Positions 19,183 through 31,783 are shown, counted from the first letter of the stretch. The stretch is DNA of 64,000 nucleotides from Aquabacterium sp. (GCF_034003525.1 NZ_JAVEYN010000014.1:24838-88837), one strand, 5' to 3'. Made by a program: numbers and translations. Notes: generated by a model from the letters alone, not told the origin.

Positions 19183-20637
19183 ATGACCCATTCCTTGCTT
19201 CCTGTCATCATGGCCGGTGGTTCGGGCACCCGCCTGTGGCCCCTGTCGCGCGCGCTGTATCCCAAGCAGTTCCTGATCCTGACGGGCAACCACAGCCTGT
19301 TCCAGCAAGCGCATCTGCGCCTGCAATCTCTGGCGGCGGCCGACATCACCGTGACGCAGCCTTGCGTGGTGGGCAACGAGGAGCACCGCTTCCTGGTGCT
19401 CGACCAGTTGCGCGAAGTGAAGGGCGAAGCCGCACCCCTGCTGCTGGAGCCGGTGGGACGCAACACGGCCCCAGCCGTGACCTTGGCGGCCCTGCAAGCC
19501 GTGTCCGAAGGGGCTGACCCGATCTTGGTGGTCACGCCTGCCGACCAGACCGTGACCGACGAGGCGGCCTACACCGCTGCCGTGCAGACGGCCGTGCGCG
19601 CCGCTGCCGAGGGGGACATCGTGATCCTGGGCATCACCCCGGATCGCCCGGAGACGGGGTTTGGCTACATCCGAACGGGTGAAGCGAATGCCTTGGGTGC
19701 ACGCAGTGTGCAGGCCTTCGTCGAGAAGCCCGACGCCCAGACCGCGCAGGCCTACGTGGCCGATGGTGGCTACTTCTGGAACAGCGGCATGTTCGTCATG
19801 AAGGCCTCGCGCTGGCTGGCAGCTGTGGGGCATTTCCGTCCGGACATCCTGGCGGCGACGCAGGCGGCGTTCGAGGTGCGTTCCACTGACGCGCCGTTCG
19901 TCCGCCCAGGCAAGGACGAGTTCCAGGCCGTGCCGTCCGAGTCAGTGGACTATGCCGTGATGGAGCAATGTCCGGCTCATCCGGAGGCGGGCTTTGTGGT
20001 GCGCATGGTGCCCTTGAACGCCGGTTGGTCCGACCTGGGCGCCTGGGATGCCGTATGGCAGGTGACACCGCATGACGCGCACGGCAACGCCGCGCAGGGC
20101 GATGCGCTGTTTCACGGCACGACCAACACCTTGATTCATGCTTCGTCGCGTCTGGTGGCAGCTGTGGGACTGGACAACGTTGTGGTGGTGGAGACGCCGG
20201 ATGCGGTGCTGGTGGCCGATCGCAACTCGAGCCAGGAGGTCAAACAAATCGTGGCCACACTGGCGAGTCAGTCGCGGCCCGAAGGCAGTCTGCATCGCCG
20301 TGTGCACCGCCCCTGGGGCTGGTACGACTCGATCGACGCGGGTGAGCGCTTCCAAGTCAAGCGCATCATGGTCAAGCCGAAGGCTTCGCTGAGCCTGCAG
20401 ATGCACCACCACCGCGCCGAGCACTGGATCGTGGTGAGCGGCACCGCCGAGGTCACGGTGGGCGAAGAGGTGAAGCTGATTACCGAGAATCAGTCCATCT
20501 ACATCCCGCTGGGGAATGTGCACCGGCTGACGAATCCCGGTGCGATCCCGTTGGAGATCATCGAGGTGCAGTCGGGCAGTTACCTGGGCGAGGACGACAT
20601 CGTGCGCTTCCAGGACAACTACGGTCGCACGAACTGA
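19183..20637 (+). CDS. manC: mannose-1-phosphate guanylyltransferase / mannose-6-phosphate isomerase
   Basis: The N-terminus is LPVIMAGGSGTRLWPLSR and the C-terminal cupin block is HHHRAEHWIVVSGTA. The start was trimmed to the ATG at 19183. Confidence 0.93.
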   Translation: MTHSLLPVIMAGGSGTRLWPLSRALYPKQFLILTGNHSLFQQAHLRLQSLAAADITVTQPCVVGNEEHRFLVLDQLREVKGEAAPLLLEPVGRNTAPAVTLAALQAVSEGADPILVVTPADQTVTDEAAYTAAVQTAVRAAAEGDIVILGITPDRPETGFGYIRTGEANALGARSVQAFVEKPDAQTAQAYVADGGYFWNSGMFVMKASRWLAAVGHFRPDILAATQAAFEVRSTDAPFVRPGKDEFQAVPSESVDYAVMEQCPAHPEAGFVVRMVPLNAGWSDLGAWDAVWQVTPHDAHGNAAQGDALFHGTTNTLIHASSRLVAAVGLDNVVVVETPDAVLVADRNSSQEVKQIVATLASQSRPEGSLHRRVHRPWGWYDSIDAGERFQVKRIMVKPKASLSLQMHHHRAEHWIVVSGTAEVTVGEEVKLITENQSIYIPLGNVHRLTNPGAIPLEIIEVQSGSYLGEDDIVRFQDNYGRTN

Positions 20638-20724
20638 TCCCTGCGCGAGCAGACCCTGGCGCTGCCTTGTGAAGGGCGTGCCGGGGGCTGACAAGTAGAA
20701 GGAGAAGGGGGCGGCTCGGACCGT

Positions 20725-21420
20725 TCAACGGCCCAGGTGGTGCAGCAGGTCCAAGGGCTGCGCCACGATGACGCTGGCGCCCCAGGTGCCGATCTCGCCA
20801 CTGTGGCCGATGTAGCCCCAGGCGGCGGCCGCGCTGGGCATGCCGGCCGCTTGCGCGGCCTGGATGTCGCGCAGGTCGTCGCCCACATAGAGCGCGAGTG
20901 CCGGGCTGACGCCTATCTGCTCGCAGGCGGTCAGCAAGGGCAGTGGGTGTGGTTTGGCGTGGGCGGTGGTGTCGCCGCTGATCAGCGTTGCCGACCGTTC
21001 AGCCAGTTTCAGGCCCTGCATGACCGGCACAGTGAAGCGGTGGGGCTTGTTGGTGACCACACCCCAGGCGATGCCCTGGGCTTCCAGCGTGGCCAGCAAC
21101 TCGGCCATGCCGTCAAACAACACCGTGGTGTCGGCCAGGATGCGTTCGTAGGTGTCGAGGAAGGCGGTGCGCAGGTTCTCGAACTCGGCATGTCCAGGAT
21201 GGATGTCGAGCGCCGCACCGATCAGGCCGCGGGCGCCTGCCGAGGCGTAGGGGCGCAAGGTCTCCAGGGGCAGAGGCGGCAAGTCACGCTGTACGCGCAG
21301 GTGGTTGACAGCGCCGACCAGGTCACCGGCGGTGTCGGCGAGCGTGCCGTCCAGGTCAAACAGCACGGCCTGGGCGGGCTCGGCCCAACTCAGGCGCTCG
21401 GACGCGGCCAGCGTGCTCAC
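20725..21420 (-). CDS. gph: phosphoglycolate phosphatase (HAD family)
   Basis: HAD motif I ([12 protein letters not shown]) and motif IV (YVGDDLRDI) are present. The GTG start at 21420 overlaps the ubiG stop (GTGA). The longer track ORF overlaps ubiG. Confidence 0.85.
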   Translation of the reverse strand: MSTLAASERLSWAEPAQAVLFDLDGTLADTAGDLVGAVNHLRVQRDLPPLPLETLRPYASAGARGLIGAALDIHPGHAEFENLRTAFLDTYERILADTTVLFDGMAELLATLEAQGIAWGVVTNKPHRFTVPVMQGLKLAERSATLISGDTTAHAKPHPLPLLTACEQIGVSPALALYVGDDLRDIQAAQAAGMPSAAAAWGYIGHSGEIGTWGASVIVAQPLDLLHHLGR

Positions 21421-22124
21421 GGATTCAAGGGCTTGCGGCAAGCCACCATGTAGTTCACGCTGGTGTCGCCCGACAGCTTGTAGAGGCGGGTCAAGGGGTT
21501 GTATTCCAGGCCCTTGAACTGCACCGTGTCGAGGCGGGATTCGCGGATCCAGCGGGCCAGTTCGGCCGGGCGGATGAAGCGCGAGAACTCGTGCGTGCCC
21601 TTGGGCAGGAGCTTGAGCACGTACTCGGCACCCACGATGGCAAACAGGAAAGACTTGGGGTTGCGGTTGAGGGTCGAGAAAAAGACCCAGCCACCGGGCT
21701 TGACCATGTCGGCGCAGGCACGGATGACCGACGAGGGGTCGGGCACGTGCTCCAGCATTTCCATGCAAGTGACGACGTCAAACTGCGCGGGCTGCTCAGC
21801 GGCCAGGGCTTCGGCGGCCACACTGCGGTAGTCCAGGTTGGCGACGCCGGCTTCCATGGCGTGCAACTGGGCCACCTTCAGGGGCTTGTCGGCCAGGTCG
21901 ATGCCCAGCACGTTGGCGCCGCGGCGGGCCATGGATTCGGCCAGGATGCCCCCACCGCAACCCACGTCCACCACGGTCTTGCCCTTGATGGCGGCGTGCT
22001 GGTCGATCCAGTCCAGGCGCAGGGGATTGATCTGGTGCAGCGGGCGGAATTCGCTTTCCGGGTCCCACCACTTGTGGGCCAGGTCACTGAATTTGGCGAG
22101 TTCTTGGGGGTCGGCGTTCGTCAT
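21417..22124 (-). CDS. ubiG: bifunctional 2-polyprenyl-6-hydroxyphenol / 3-demethylubiquinol O-methyltransferase
   Basis: 235 aa with [15 protein letters not shown] and the SAM-binding block [13 protein letters not shown]. Confidence 0.95.
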   Translation of the reverse strand: MTNADPQELAKFSDLAHKWWDPESEFRPLHQINPLRLDWIDQHAAIKGKTVVDVGCGGGILAESMARRGANVLGIDLADKPLKVAQLHAMEAGVANLDYRSVAAEALAAEQPAQFDVVTCMEMLEHVPDPSSVIRACADMVKPGGWVFFSTLNRNPKSFLFAIVGAEYVLKLLPKGTHEFSRFIRPAELARWIRESRLDTVQFKGLEYNPLTRLYKLSGDTSVNYMVACRKPLNP

Positions 22125-22224
22125 GGACGAGATGCTACCCAAAGGACCGCCCGCTTCCTGTGGTCAGGGGCATTTCTTGCGGCTTTTTTTGACCTGACGC
22201 GGTCTTGACGCAGGCCCGCGGCGC

Positions 22225-24246
22225 TCACTCAGGGGGGCGCTTGAGCCGGCGGTAGAGGGTGTTGCGGCTGATGCCCAGTCGGCGGGCTGCCTCGGACATG
22301 TTGCCTTGGGTGGCCGCGATCACCTGCTGGATGGTCTGGTGAGAGAGCCGGCGCAGGTTGGGTTCTGGCAGGGACGATGCGCGTGCAGCCGACTCGGCGT
22401 GGATCGGGGCCGCTACCCCACGCAGGGCATCCTCGGCATTGGCGGGGGCCGTTTGGCCCCGGGTGCCACGATGGCCGTCCTGCAACTCTTGTTGCATGTC
22501 GTCGGGCACGTGGCGCCAGTCGATGGCGACCTCGGTGGGCTCCAGCAGGGCACACGCGGTGCGCAGCAGGCTGTGAAGCTGGCGCAGGTTGCCGGGCCAG
22601 TGGTGTGCGGCCAGAGCCTGGTGCAGGCCAGGATGAAGCCGTGGCGCCGGGGCAGCCGTGCGGCCCATGCTCTGGCAGATGTCGGCCAGCATGTGTGCCA
22701 CCAGGGTGTCGAAGTCCTGGCGCTCGCGCAGGGCGGGCAGGGTGACAGTCAGGCCGTTGAGGCGGTAGAACAGGTCTTCGCGGAACTGGCCGGTGCGCAC
22801 AGCTTCCCGCAGGTTGCGGTGGGTGGCGCACACCAGCACGAAGTCCACCGGGTGGGCCTTGTTGCCACCCAGGGGCACCACAACCTTGTCTTGCAGTACG
22901 CGCAGCAGGCGCGCTTGCAGGGCCAATGGCATGTCGCCGATTTCGTCCAGAAACAGGGTGCCACCATCGGCTTCGCGGATGCGGCCAGGGGCACCTTCAC
23001 GCCGGGCGCCGGTGAACGCGCCGCCGACATAGCCAAACAGCTCGGCTTCGATCAGGGTTTCGGGTAGGGCAGCGCAGTTGAGGGCGACGAAGGGGCGGGC
23101 CGCGCGGGGACCCTCTTGGTGCAGGGCGCGGGCGAAGACTTCCTTGCCGGTGCCGGATTCACCCTGGATCAGGACCGGGATGCCTTGCGCCTGTACCCGC
23201 TGGGCACGGTGGTGAGCCTCGGCCAGGCGGGTGTCGAGCGTCCGCTCCTTGTGCTGCGGGGCGTGTGATGCGGTGCGCGGAGGTGCGGCGGCGTCGGGAG
23301 GTGATGCTGGTCGCGCGGTGGGGGGGATGGCCGGACGCCGGGGCCAGTCGAGGCGCGCGAACAAGGACAGGCCTCGCGCGGTGCGCACACGCAGGGTGCG
23401 GCCGGGCGGCATCTGAGCCACCCGCAGGCCTGTCAGGTCGGCCAGCGTGCCGCCACCCAGGGCGGGCAGCCCCAACCATTCTCGGGCCAGCTGGTTGCTG
23501 CCGACCACCCAGCCGTCGTCCGACAGGGCCACCAGGCCTTCACCCACCGCACCCAGCCCTTCGGCGTGGGCATGCAGGCGCAGCACCTGGTCGTGGCCAT
23601 GGCGTGCATGGAACAGGCGGTCTTCGATCATGCGGGCGGCCGATCGCACCAGCGCAAAGGTGTGTGGGTGCTGCCCCCGGTGGTCGCCGGAGATGTCGAT
23701 CACGCCCCGCAGGCGGCCTTCCGAGGTCAACACGGGAGCTGCCGCGCAGGTGAGGAAGCTGTTGCGAGCCAGGTAGTGTTCGGCGCCGTGGATGACGACG
23801 GCGCGTTCTTCGGCCAGAGCGGTGCCGATGGCGTTGGTGCCGCGGTCGTGTTCGTGCCAGAGCGCGCCGGGCCTCAGCGAGACGCGTTCGGCGCGGGTGG
23901 CGAAATCGATGTCGCCCAGGGTGTCGAGCAGCAGGCCGTGGTTGTCGGCCAGCACGACCACGTTGCCGCTGTCGCGGATCTGGTCGAACACGAAGCTCAT
24001 GACTGGGCGGGCGTGGGCCAGCAGGTCGTGTTCGCTGGCCAGGGTGTGGCGCAGGTCGGCGGGTGTGCACAGTGGGGGTTCGCTGGCCACATCGACCGGG
24101 CTGAGGCCCGCATGGCGGCTGCGCAGCCAGGACTGTCGCAGGGTGTCGTCCACCAGCCCTGGGGGCACATCGCCGGCGTCCATCAGGCAGCGGCGGGCCT
24201 GCAGGAGGTCCGTTTCTGACTGGTGGTGGGTGAGCTGCAGCGGCAT
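22225..24246 (-). CDS. sigma-54-dependent transcriptional activator, AcoR type (GAF sensor + AAA+ + Fis HTH)
   Basis: It has an AcoR-like N-terminus (LRQSWLRSRHAGLSP), Walker A (GESGTGKE), a GAFTGA loop ([11 protein letters not shown]) and a C-terminal HTH (AARRLGISRNTLYRRL). It is divergent from the aldehyde dehydrogenase gene. Confidence 0.9.
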   Translation of the reverse strand: MPLQLTHHQSETDLLQARRCLMDAGDVPPGLVDDTLRQSWLRSRHAGLSPVDVASEPPLCTPADLRHTLASEHDLLAHARPVMSFVFDQIRDSGNVVVLADNHGLLLDTLGDIDFATRAERVSLRPGALWHEHDRGTNAIGTALAEERAVVIHGAEHYLARNSFLTCAAAPVLTSEGRLRGVIDISGDHRGQHPHTFALVRSAARMIEDRLFHARHGHDQVLRLHAHAEGLGAVGEGLVALSDDGWVVGSNQLAREWLGLPALGGGTLADLTGLRVAQMPPGRTLRVRTARGLSLFARLDWPRRPAIPPTARPASPPDAAAPPRTASHAPQHKERTLDTRLAEAHHRAQRVQAQGIPVLIQGESGTGKEVFARALHQEGPRAARPFVALNCAALPETLIEAELFGYVGGAFTGARREGAPGRIREADGGTLFLDEIGDMPLALQARLLRVLQDKVVVPLGGNKAHPVDFVLVCATHRNLREAVRTGQFREDLFYRLNGLTVTLPALRERQDFDTLVAHMLADICQSMGRTAAPAPRLHPGLHQALAAHHWPGNLRQLHSLLRTACALLEPTEVAIDWRHVPDDMQQELQDGHRGTRGQTAPANAEDALRGVAAPIHAESAARASSLPEPNLRRLSHQTIQQVIAATQGNMSEAARRLGISRNTLYRRLKRPPE

Positions 24247-24310
24247 GGCAGGGGTGGTTGGGATAGGGGAATTCGGTCGCGGTAGGAAGAGTATGGCGTG
24301 GCGGGCAAGG

Positions 24311-24402
24311 TGACACACCCGTGGTCACCCTGTGTCATTTTGGGACAGTGTGTGCTGCGGAGACAAGGTGGCTGACACAGGGTGACAGCCGCTGATGTGT
24401 CA
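24311..24402. promoter_or_regulatory. candidate enhancer (UAS) for the AcoR-type activator: four TGACACA/TGTGTCA half-sites
   Basis: TGACACA is at 24311 and 24373; TGTGTCA is at 24331 and 24396. The 14-mer GTCACCCTGTGTCA (24324..24337) recurs as its exact reverse complement, TGACACAGGGTGAC (24373..24386). The sites lie 50-140 bp upstream of the -24 element. Confidence 0.55.
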
Positions 24403-24448
24403 CGGCGTCGCTGGGACAGGGGCCTGCGACCTCGGGACGAACCCGCAT

Positions 24449-24464
24449 TGGCACGCGCTCTGCA
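24449..24464 (+). promoter_or_regulatory. sigma-54 (-24/-12) promoter of the aldehyde dehydrogenase-DUF779 unit
   Basis: TGGCAC-GCGCT-CTGCA has canonical GG-N10-GC spacing. It lies about 80 nt upstream of the ATG at 24544 and next to the divergent AcoR-type activator gene. Confidence 0.8.
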
Positions 24465-24543
24465 CTCAAGGTGGACGTCACGGCCACAAGCCTGGCTTTC
24501 TTTGCCCCTTGATCCCCTACACCTGACCTTGAGGAGACACTCG

Positions 24544-26064
24544 ATGATCTACGCAGCACCCGGCGCCGCTGGCGCTCCCGTGGCCTACCAGACCCGCTAC
24601 GACAACTTCATCGGTGGCAAGTTCGTCGCCCCGCTGGGCGGTGAGTATTTCGATGTGATCACGCCCATCAGCGGCAAGGTCTACACCCAGGCCGCCCGCT
24701 CGACCGAGGCGGACATCAACCTGGCTCTGGACGCCGCCCACGCCGCCAAGGACGCCTGGGGCGCCACGGCCCCCGCTGACCGCGCCAACATCCTGCTGAA
24801 GATCGCCGACCGCCTGGAGCAGAACCTGGAGAAGCTGGCCTACGCAGAGACCGTGGACAACGGCAAGCCCATCCGCGAAACGCTGAACGCCGACATCCCG
24901 CTGGCGGTGGACCACTTCCGCTACTTTGCAGGCTGTTTGCGCTCCCAAGAAGGGGCGATCAGTGAAATTGACGGCAACACCATTGCCTATCACTTCCACG
25001 AGCCCCTGGGTGTGGTCGGTCAGATCATTCCCTGGAACTTCCCGATCCTGATGGCTGCCTGGAAGCTGGCTCCGGCCCTGGCCGCCGGCAACTGCGTGGT
25101 GCTCAAGCCGGCCGAGTCCACCCCCATCAGCATCCTGATCCTGGCCGAGATGATCGCCGACCTGCTGCCGGCCGGTGTGCTCAACATCGTCAATGGCTTT
25201 GGCCGTGAAGCCGGCATGCCGCTGGCCAGCAGCAAGCGCATCGCCAAGATCGCCTTCACCGGCTCCACCGCGACGGGCCGCGTGATTGCCCAGGCCGCAG
25301 CCGGCAACCTGATTCCCGCGACGCTGGAGTTGGGTGGCAAGAGCCCCAACATCTTCTTTGACGATGTGATGGCCGAAGACGACGCCTTCCTCGACAAGGC
25401 CATCGAGGGCATGGTGCTGTTCGCCTTCAACCAGGGGGAGGTGTGCACCTGCCCGTCGCGCGCTCTGATCCAGGAATCGATCTACGACCGCTTCATCGAG
25501 CGTGCGCTCAAGCGTGTGGCCGCGATCAAGCAAGGCAGCCCGCTGGACACGGACACGATGATGGGGGCCCAGGCCTCGGCCATGCAGATGGACAAGATCA
25601 TGTCCTACTTGGCAGTCGGCAAAGAAGAAGGCGCCCAGGTGCTGATCGGTGGTGACCGCGCCCAGTTGGGTGGCGAGCTGAGCGAGGGCTATTACATCCA
25701 GCCGACGCTGTTCAAGGGCCATAACCAGATGCGCATCTTCCGTGAGGAAATCTTCGGCCCGGTGCTGGCCGTGACGACCTTCAAGAACGAGGCCGAAGCC
25801 ATGGCCATTGCCAACGACACGCCATATGGCCTGGGCGCCGGCGTGTGGACCCGTGACGGCAGCCGCGCGTATCGCTTTGGCCGTGGCATCCAGGCCGGTC
25901 GCGTCTGGACCAACTGCTATCACGCCTACCCGGCACACGCCACCTTCGGTGGTTACAAGGAATCTGGCATCGGTCGTGAGACCCACAAGATGATGCTCGA
26001 TCACTACCAGCAGACCAAGAATCTGCTGGTGAGCTACAGCCCCAACAAGCTGGGCTTCTTCTGA
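24544..26064 (+). CDS. NAD(P)-dependent aldehyde dehydrogenase (AldB/AcoD-like)
   Basis: 506 aa. It has ELGGKSP and a catalytic-Cys block, [19 protein letters not shown] Shine-Dalgarno sequence precedes the ATG at 24544, and a sigma-54 promoter lies upstream. Confidence 0.93.
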   Translation: MIYAAPGAAGAPVAYQTRYDNFIGGKFVAPLGGEYFDVITPISGKVYTQAARSTEADINLALDAAHAAKDAWGATAPADRANILLKIADRLEQNLEKLAYAETVDNGKPIRETLNADIPLAVDHFRYFAGCLRSQEGAISEIDGNTIAYHFHEPLGVVGQIIPWNFPILMAAWKLAPALAAGNCVVLKPAESTPISILILAEMIADLLPAGVLNIVNGFGREAGMPLASSKRIAKIAFTGSTATGRVIAQAAAGNLIPATLELGGKSPNIFFDDVMAEDDAFLDKAIEGMVLFAFNQGEVCTCPSRALIQESIYDRFIERALKRVAAIKQGSPLDTDTMMGAQASAMQMDKIMSYLAVGKEEGAQVLIGGDRAQLGGELSEGYYIQPTLFKGHNQMRIFREEIFGPVLAVTTFKNEAEAMAIANDTPYGLGAGVWTRDGSRAYRFGRGIQAGRVWTNCYHAYPAHATFGGYKESGIGRETHKMMLDHYQQTKNLLVSYSPNKLGFF

Positions 26065-26100
26065 CATGAACAGGGCTCCACAAGGGCCCTGGTTGGAGGT

Positions 26101-26127
26101 GGGGCGGCTTGGCCGCCCCTTTTCATT
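26101..26127 (+). terminator. terminator/attenuator-like hairpin between aldehyde dehydrogenase and DUF779
   Basis: GGGGCGGC-TTG-GCCGCCCC is followed by TTTTCATT. Confidence 0.6.
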
Positions 26128-26153
26128 GGGTTTCGTTAGGAAGAGATCGCAAC

Positions 26154-26516
26154 ATGATCGAACGTGTGATCGCCACCGAGGTGGCAGAGTCGCTGATCCG
26201 GGGCTTGCGCCAGCGCCATGGCGACGTGATGTTCTACCTCTCGCACGGCTGCTGTGATGGCAGTACGCCCATGTGTTTGAAGCGCGGGGAAATGTCGCTC
26301 AGTGAGGGCGATGTGCAGCTGGGCCAGGTGCTGGGCGTGCCTTTTCATGCCAGCCGCATGCAGTTGGATTACCTGGGTGACGCGCAATTGACGCTGGATG
26401 TGCGCTCCGGCAGCCTGGGCACGATGTCGCTGGAAGACGCCGATGGCCTGCACTTTGTGATCCGCACCCGCAAGTTGAGCGCAGCCGAGCAGGCAGATTT
26501 GTCCCCCGTGCGCTGA
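26154..26516 (+). CDS. DUF779 domain-containing protein
   Basis: 120 aa with the conserved YLSHGCCDGSTPMC block. This is the classical partner gene downstream of AcoD-type aldehyde dehydrogenases. Confidence 0.85.
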   Translation: MIERVIATEVAESLIRGLRQRHGDVMFYLSHGCCDGSTPMCLKRGEMSLSEGDVQLGQVLGVPFHASRMQLDYLGDAQLTLDVRSGSLGTMSLEDADGLHFVIRTRKLSAAEQADLSPVR

Positions 26517-26598
26517 GGTGCATGACGCGCAAGCGGCGCCATGTCGCCCGACTTGTGACACAGTGGCGCCTGCATCAACCTGCTTAAGTCGACTTTCC

Positions 26599-26964
26599 AT
26601 GAGCACCATCGTTTACGGCATTCCCAACTGCGACACCGTCAAGAAGGCCCGTGCCTGGCTGACCGAGCAAGGCGTGGACTACACCTTCCACGACTACAAG
26701 AAGCAGGGCGTGCCGGCCGAACGTCTGGCGGCCTGGGTGGCCGCAGTGGGCTGGGAGCCCTTGGTCAACCGCCAAGGCACGACCTGGCGCAAGCTGGATG
26801 ACGCGACCAAGGCCTCGGTGGTGGATGCCGCGAGCGCCCAAGCCTTGATGCTGGCGCAGGCGAGCGTCATCAAGCGCCCGGTGATCGAGCGCGATGGCGC
26901 CGTGGTGTCGGTCGGCTTCGACACCAAACGGCTGGAGGATCTGGCCAAGCGTCTGGGCGCGTGA
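26599..26964 (+). CDS. ArsC/Spx-family reductase (YffB-like)
   Basis: 121 aa starting MSTIVYGIPNCDTVKKARAWL, with the family N-terminal Cys motif. Confidence 0.85.
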   Translation: MSTIVYGIPNCDTVKKARAWLTEQGVDYTFHDYKKQGVPAERLAAWVAAVGWEPLVNRQGTTWRKLDDATKASVVDAASAQALMLAQASVIKRPVIERDGAVVSVGFDTKRLEDLAKRLGA

Positions 26965-26979
26965 CCCCTTCTCGGCTGA

Positions 26980-29871
<2,892 letters not shown>

Positions 29872-29992
29872 GACCGTTCCTCCAGATCAGGATCAACGTT
29901 GCAGGGGCAAAGTGAAGTCGATTCTGACAGCAAGCGCGTGCCGTGGACAATACGGGTCGGGTGGCCATGCCACGTGTGCAGGATTGAATCGG

Positions 29993-30991
29993 GTGTCCAA
30001 GACATTGAACAAGCAAGCAGGTGCGGCGGACTGGTTCCTGATCGCCATGGTGGGTGCCGTGTTGCTGGCGTCCTTCGTGCCCGACTGGGGCCGCAGCGAC
30101 GGCCCCTTGCACCTGGGGCAGGTGACCGACATCGGCGTGTTCCTGCTCTTCTTCCTGCATGGCATGGGCCTGTCCACCGACAGCCTCAAGACCGGTGCCA
30201 GCAAGTGGAAGCTGCATCTGCTGGTGCAAGCCTGCACCTACGTCATCTTCCCGATCTGGTGGGCCGTGCTGGCGCTGGTGGGCGGGCGCTGGATCTCGCA
30301 CGACCTGCTGATGGGTTTCTTCTACCTGGCGGTCTTGCCCTCGACCGTCTCTTCGTCGGTGGCGATGACCGCTTTGGCGCGAGGCCATGTGGCGGCCGCG
30401 GTGCTCAATGCCACCTTGTCCACGCTGTTGGGCGTGTTCCTGACACCTTTGCTGGTCAGTCTGGTCATGAGCGGGCAGGGACAGGAGATGGACATCAGCC
30501 AGACCATGCTGAAGGTGGCGCAGATGCTGCTGTTGCCCTTCGTGATCGGGCATCTGCTGCGCCCTTGGCTGGGCGCCTTTTTCGCGCGCATCAAGCGCTA
30601 CACCACCATCTTCGACCGCGGCGTGATCGTGCTGATGGTGTGGGCCGCTTTCAGCGACTCGGTGGCCGATGGGCTGTGGACCAAGCATGGTCCGGTGCTG
30701 CTGGCCCAGGCGCTGTTGGGCGCGGCCGTCTTCCTGTTCCCGATGCTGTGGTTCAGCCGCAAGGTGGCCCGTGCGCTGGGCTTTGACCTGCCCGACGAGA
30801 TCGTGGCCGTGTTCTGCGGCTCGAAGAAGACCCTGGCGTCGGGCATGCCGATGGCCAAGCTGCTCTTTGGCGGCAACGCAGCCATGGGCGTCTTGATCCT
30901 GCCCATCATGCTGTACCACCAGATGCAGCTGTTCGTGTGCGCGGTGCTGGCGCGCCGTTATGCCGCGCGCGTCAGCAAGCAGGTGGCGTGA
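29993..30991 (+). CDS. bile acid:sodium symporter (BASS) family transporter
   Basis: Polytopic membrane protein (DWFLIAMVGAVLLA..., LFFLHGMGL...). The start is uncertain: GTG 29993, TTG 30005 or a downstream ATG. The track ORF start at 29690 overlaps acnA. Confidence 0.75.
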   Translation: MSKTLNKQAGAADWFLIAMVGAVLLASFVPDWGRSDGPLHLGQVTDIGVFLLFFLHGMGLSTDSLKTGASKWKLHLLVQACTYVIFPIWWAVLALVGGRWISHDLLMGFFYLAVLPSTVSSSVAMTALARGHVAAAVLNATLSTLLGVFLTPLLVSLVMSGQGQEMDISQTMLKVAQMLLLPFVIGHLLRPWLGAFFARIKRYTTIFDRGVIVLMVWAAFSDSVADGLWTKHGPVLLAQALLGAAVFLFPMLWFSRKVARALGFDLPDEIVAVFCGSKKTLASGMPMAKLLFGGNAAMGVLILPIMLYHQMQLFVCAVLARRYAARVSKQVA

Positions 30992-31015
30992 GCACGAGGC
31001 TCACCACGGCGTGAC

Positions 31016-31678
31016 ATGAGCGAGGTCATCTACACCCCACCGCCCGACGAAGGGCTGGATCTGATCCATGTGGACGAGGCCCTCATCGTCGTCAACAAGC
31101 CCGAGGGCCTGCTGTCGGTGCCCGGCCGAGGGGCGGACCGGCAGGACTGCATGGTGCACCGCGTGCAGCAGCGCTTTCCCGAGGCGCTCACCGTGCACCG
31201 GCTCGACATGGCCACCTCGGGCCTGCTGGTGTTCGCCCGTGGCGAGGCCATGCAGCGGGCCCTGAGCGTGCTGTTCCAGGACCGGCAGGTGGACAAGCGT
31301 TATGTGGCCGTCGTCAAAGGCTTGCTGGCGCCAGACCACGGCGAGATCAACCTGCCGCTGATCGCCGATTGGCCGAACCGGCCGCGCCAGATGGTGTGCT
31401 TCGAGCGGGGCAAACCTTCACAGACGCTGTTCGAGGTGTTGGCACGCGACCCGCTGAAGGACGAGACCCGTGTGGCGCTCACGCCGGTGACCGGGCGATC
31501 GCACCAGTTGCGCGTGCACATGCTGGCGCTGGGGCACCCGATGCTGGGCGACCCCTTCTACGGTGATGCGGACAGCCAGGCCCGTGCGCCCCGGCTGCTC
31601 CTGCACGCAGAGACTTTGAGCCTGCCTCACCCTGTGTCCGGCGAGAGGGCGAGCTGGGGCTGCGCGGCGCCTTTTTAA
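31016..31678 (+). CDS. RluA-family pseudouridine synthase
   Basis: 220 aa with a catalytic Asp block (HRLDMATSGLLVFAR) and VVNKPEGLLSVPG. Confidence 0.88.
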   Translation: MSEVIYTPPPDEGLDLIHVDEALIVVNKPEGLLSVPGRGADRQDCMVHRVQQRFPEALTVHRLDMATSGLLVFARGEAMQRALSVLFQDRQVDKRYVAVVKGLLAPDHGEINLPLIADWPNRPRQMVCFERGKPSQTLFEVLARDPLKDETRVALTPVTGRSHQLRVHMLALGHPMLGDPFYGDADSQARAPRLLLHAETLSLPHPVSGERASWGCAAPF

Positions 31679-31783
31679 GACCGCAGACCGTGTCAGGTGC
31701 CCAAATGACAGGTCTGTCATGGATTGGCCCGGCAGGTGAAAGGTGGCAAAATCCAGGGTTTTGGCTAGAGTCCCCGGGGTGCC

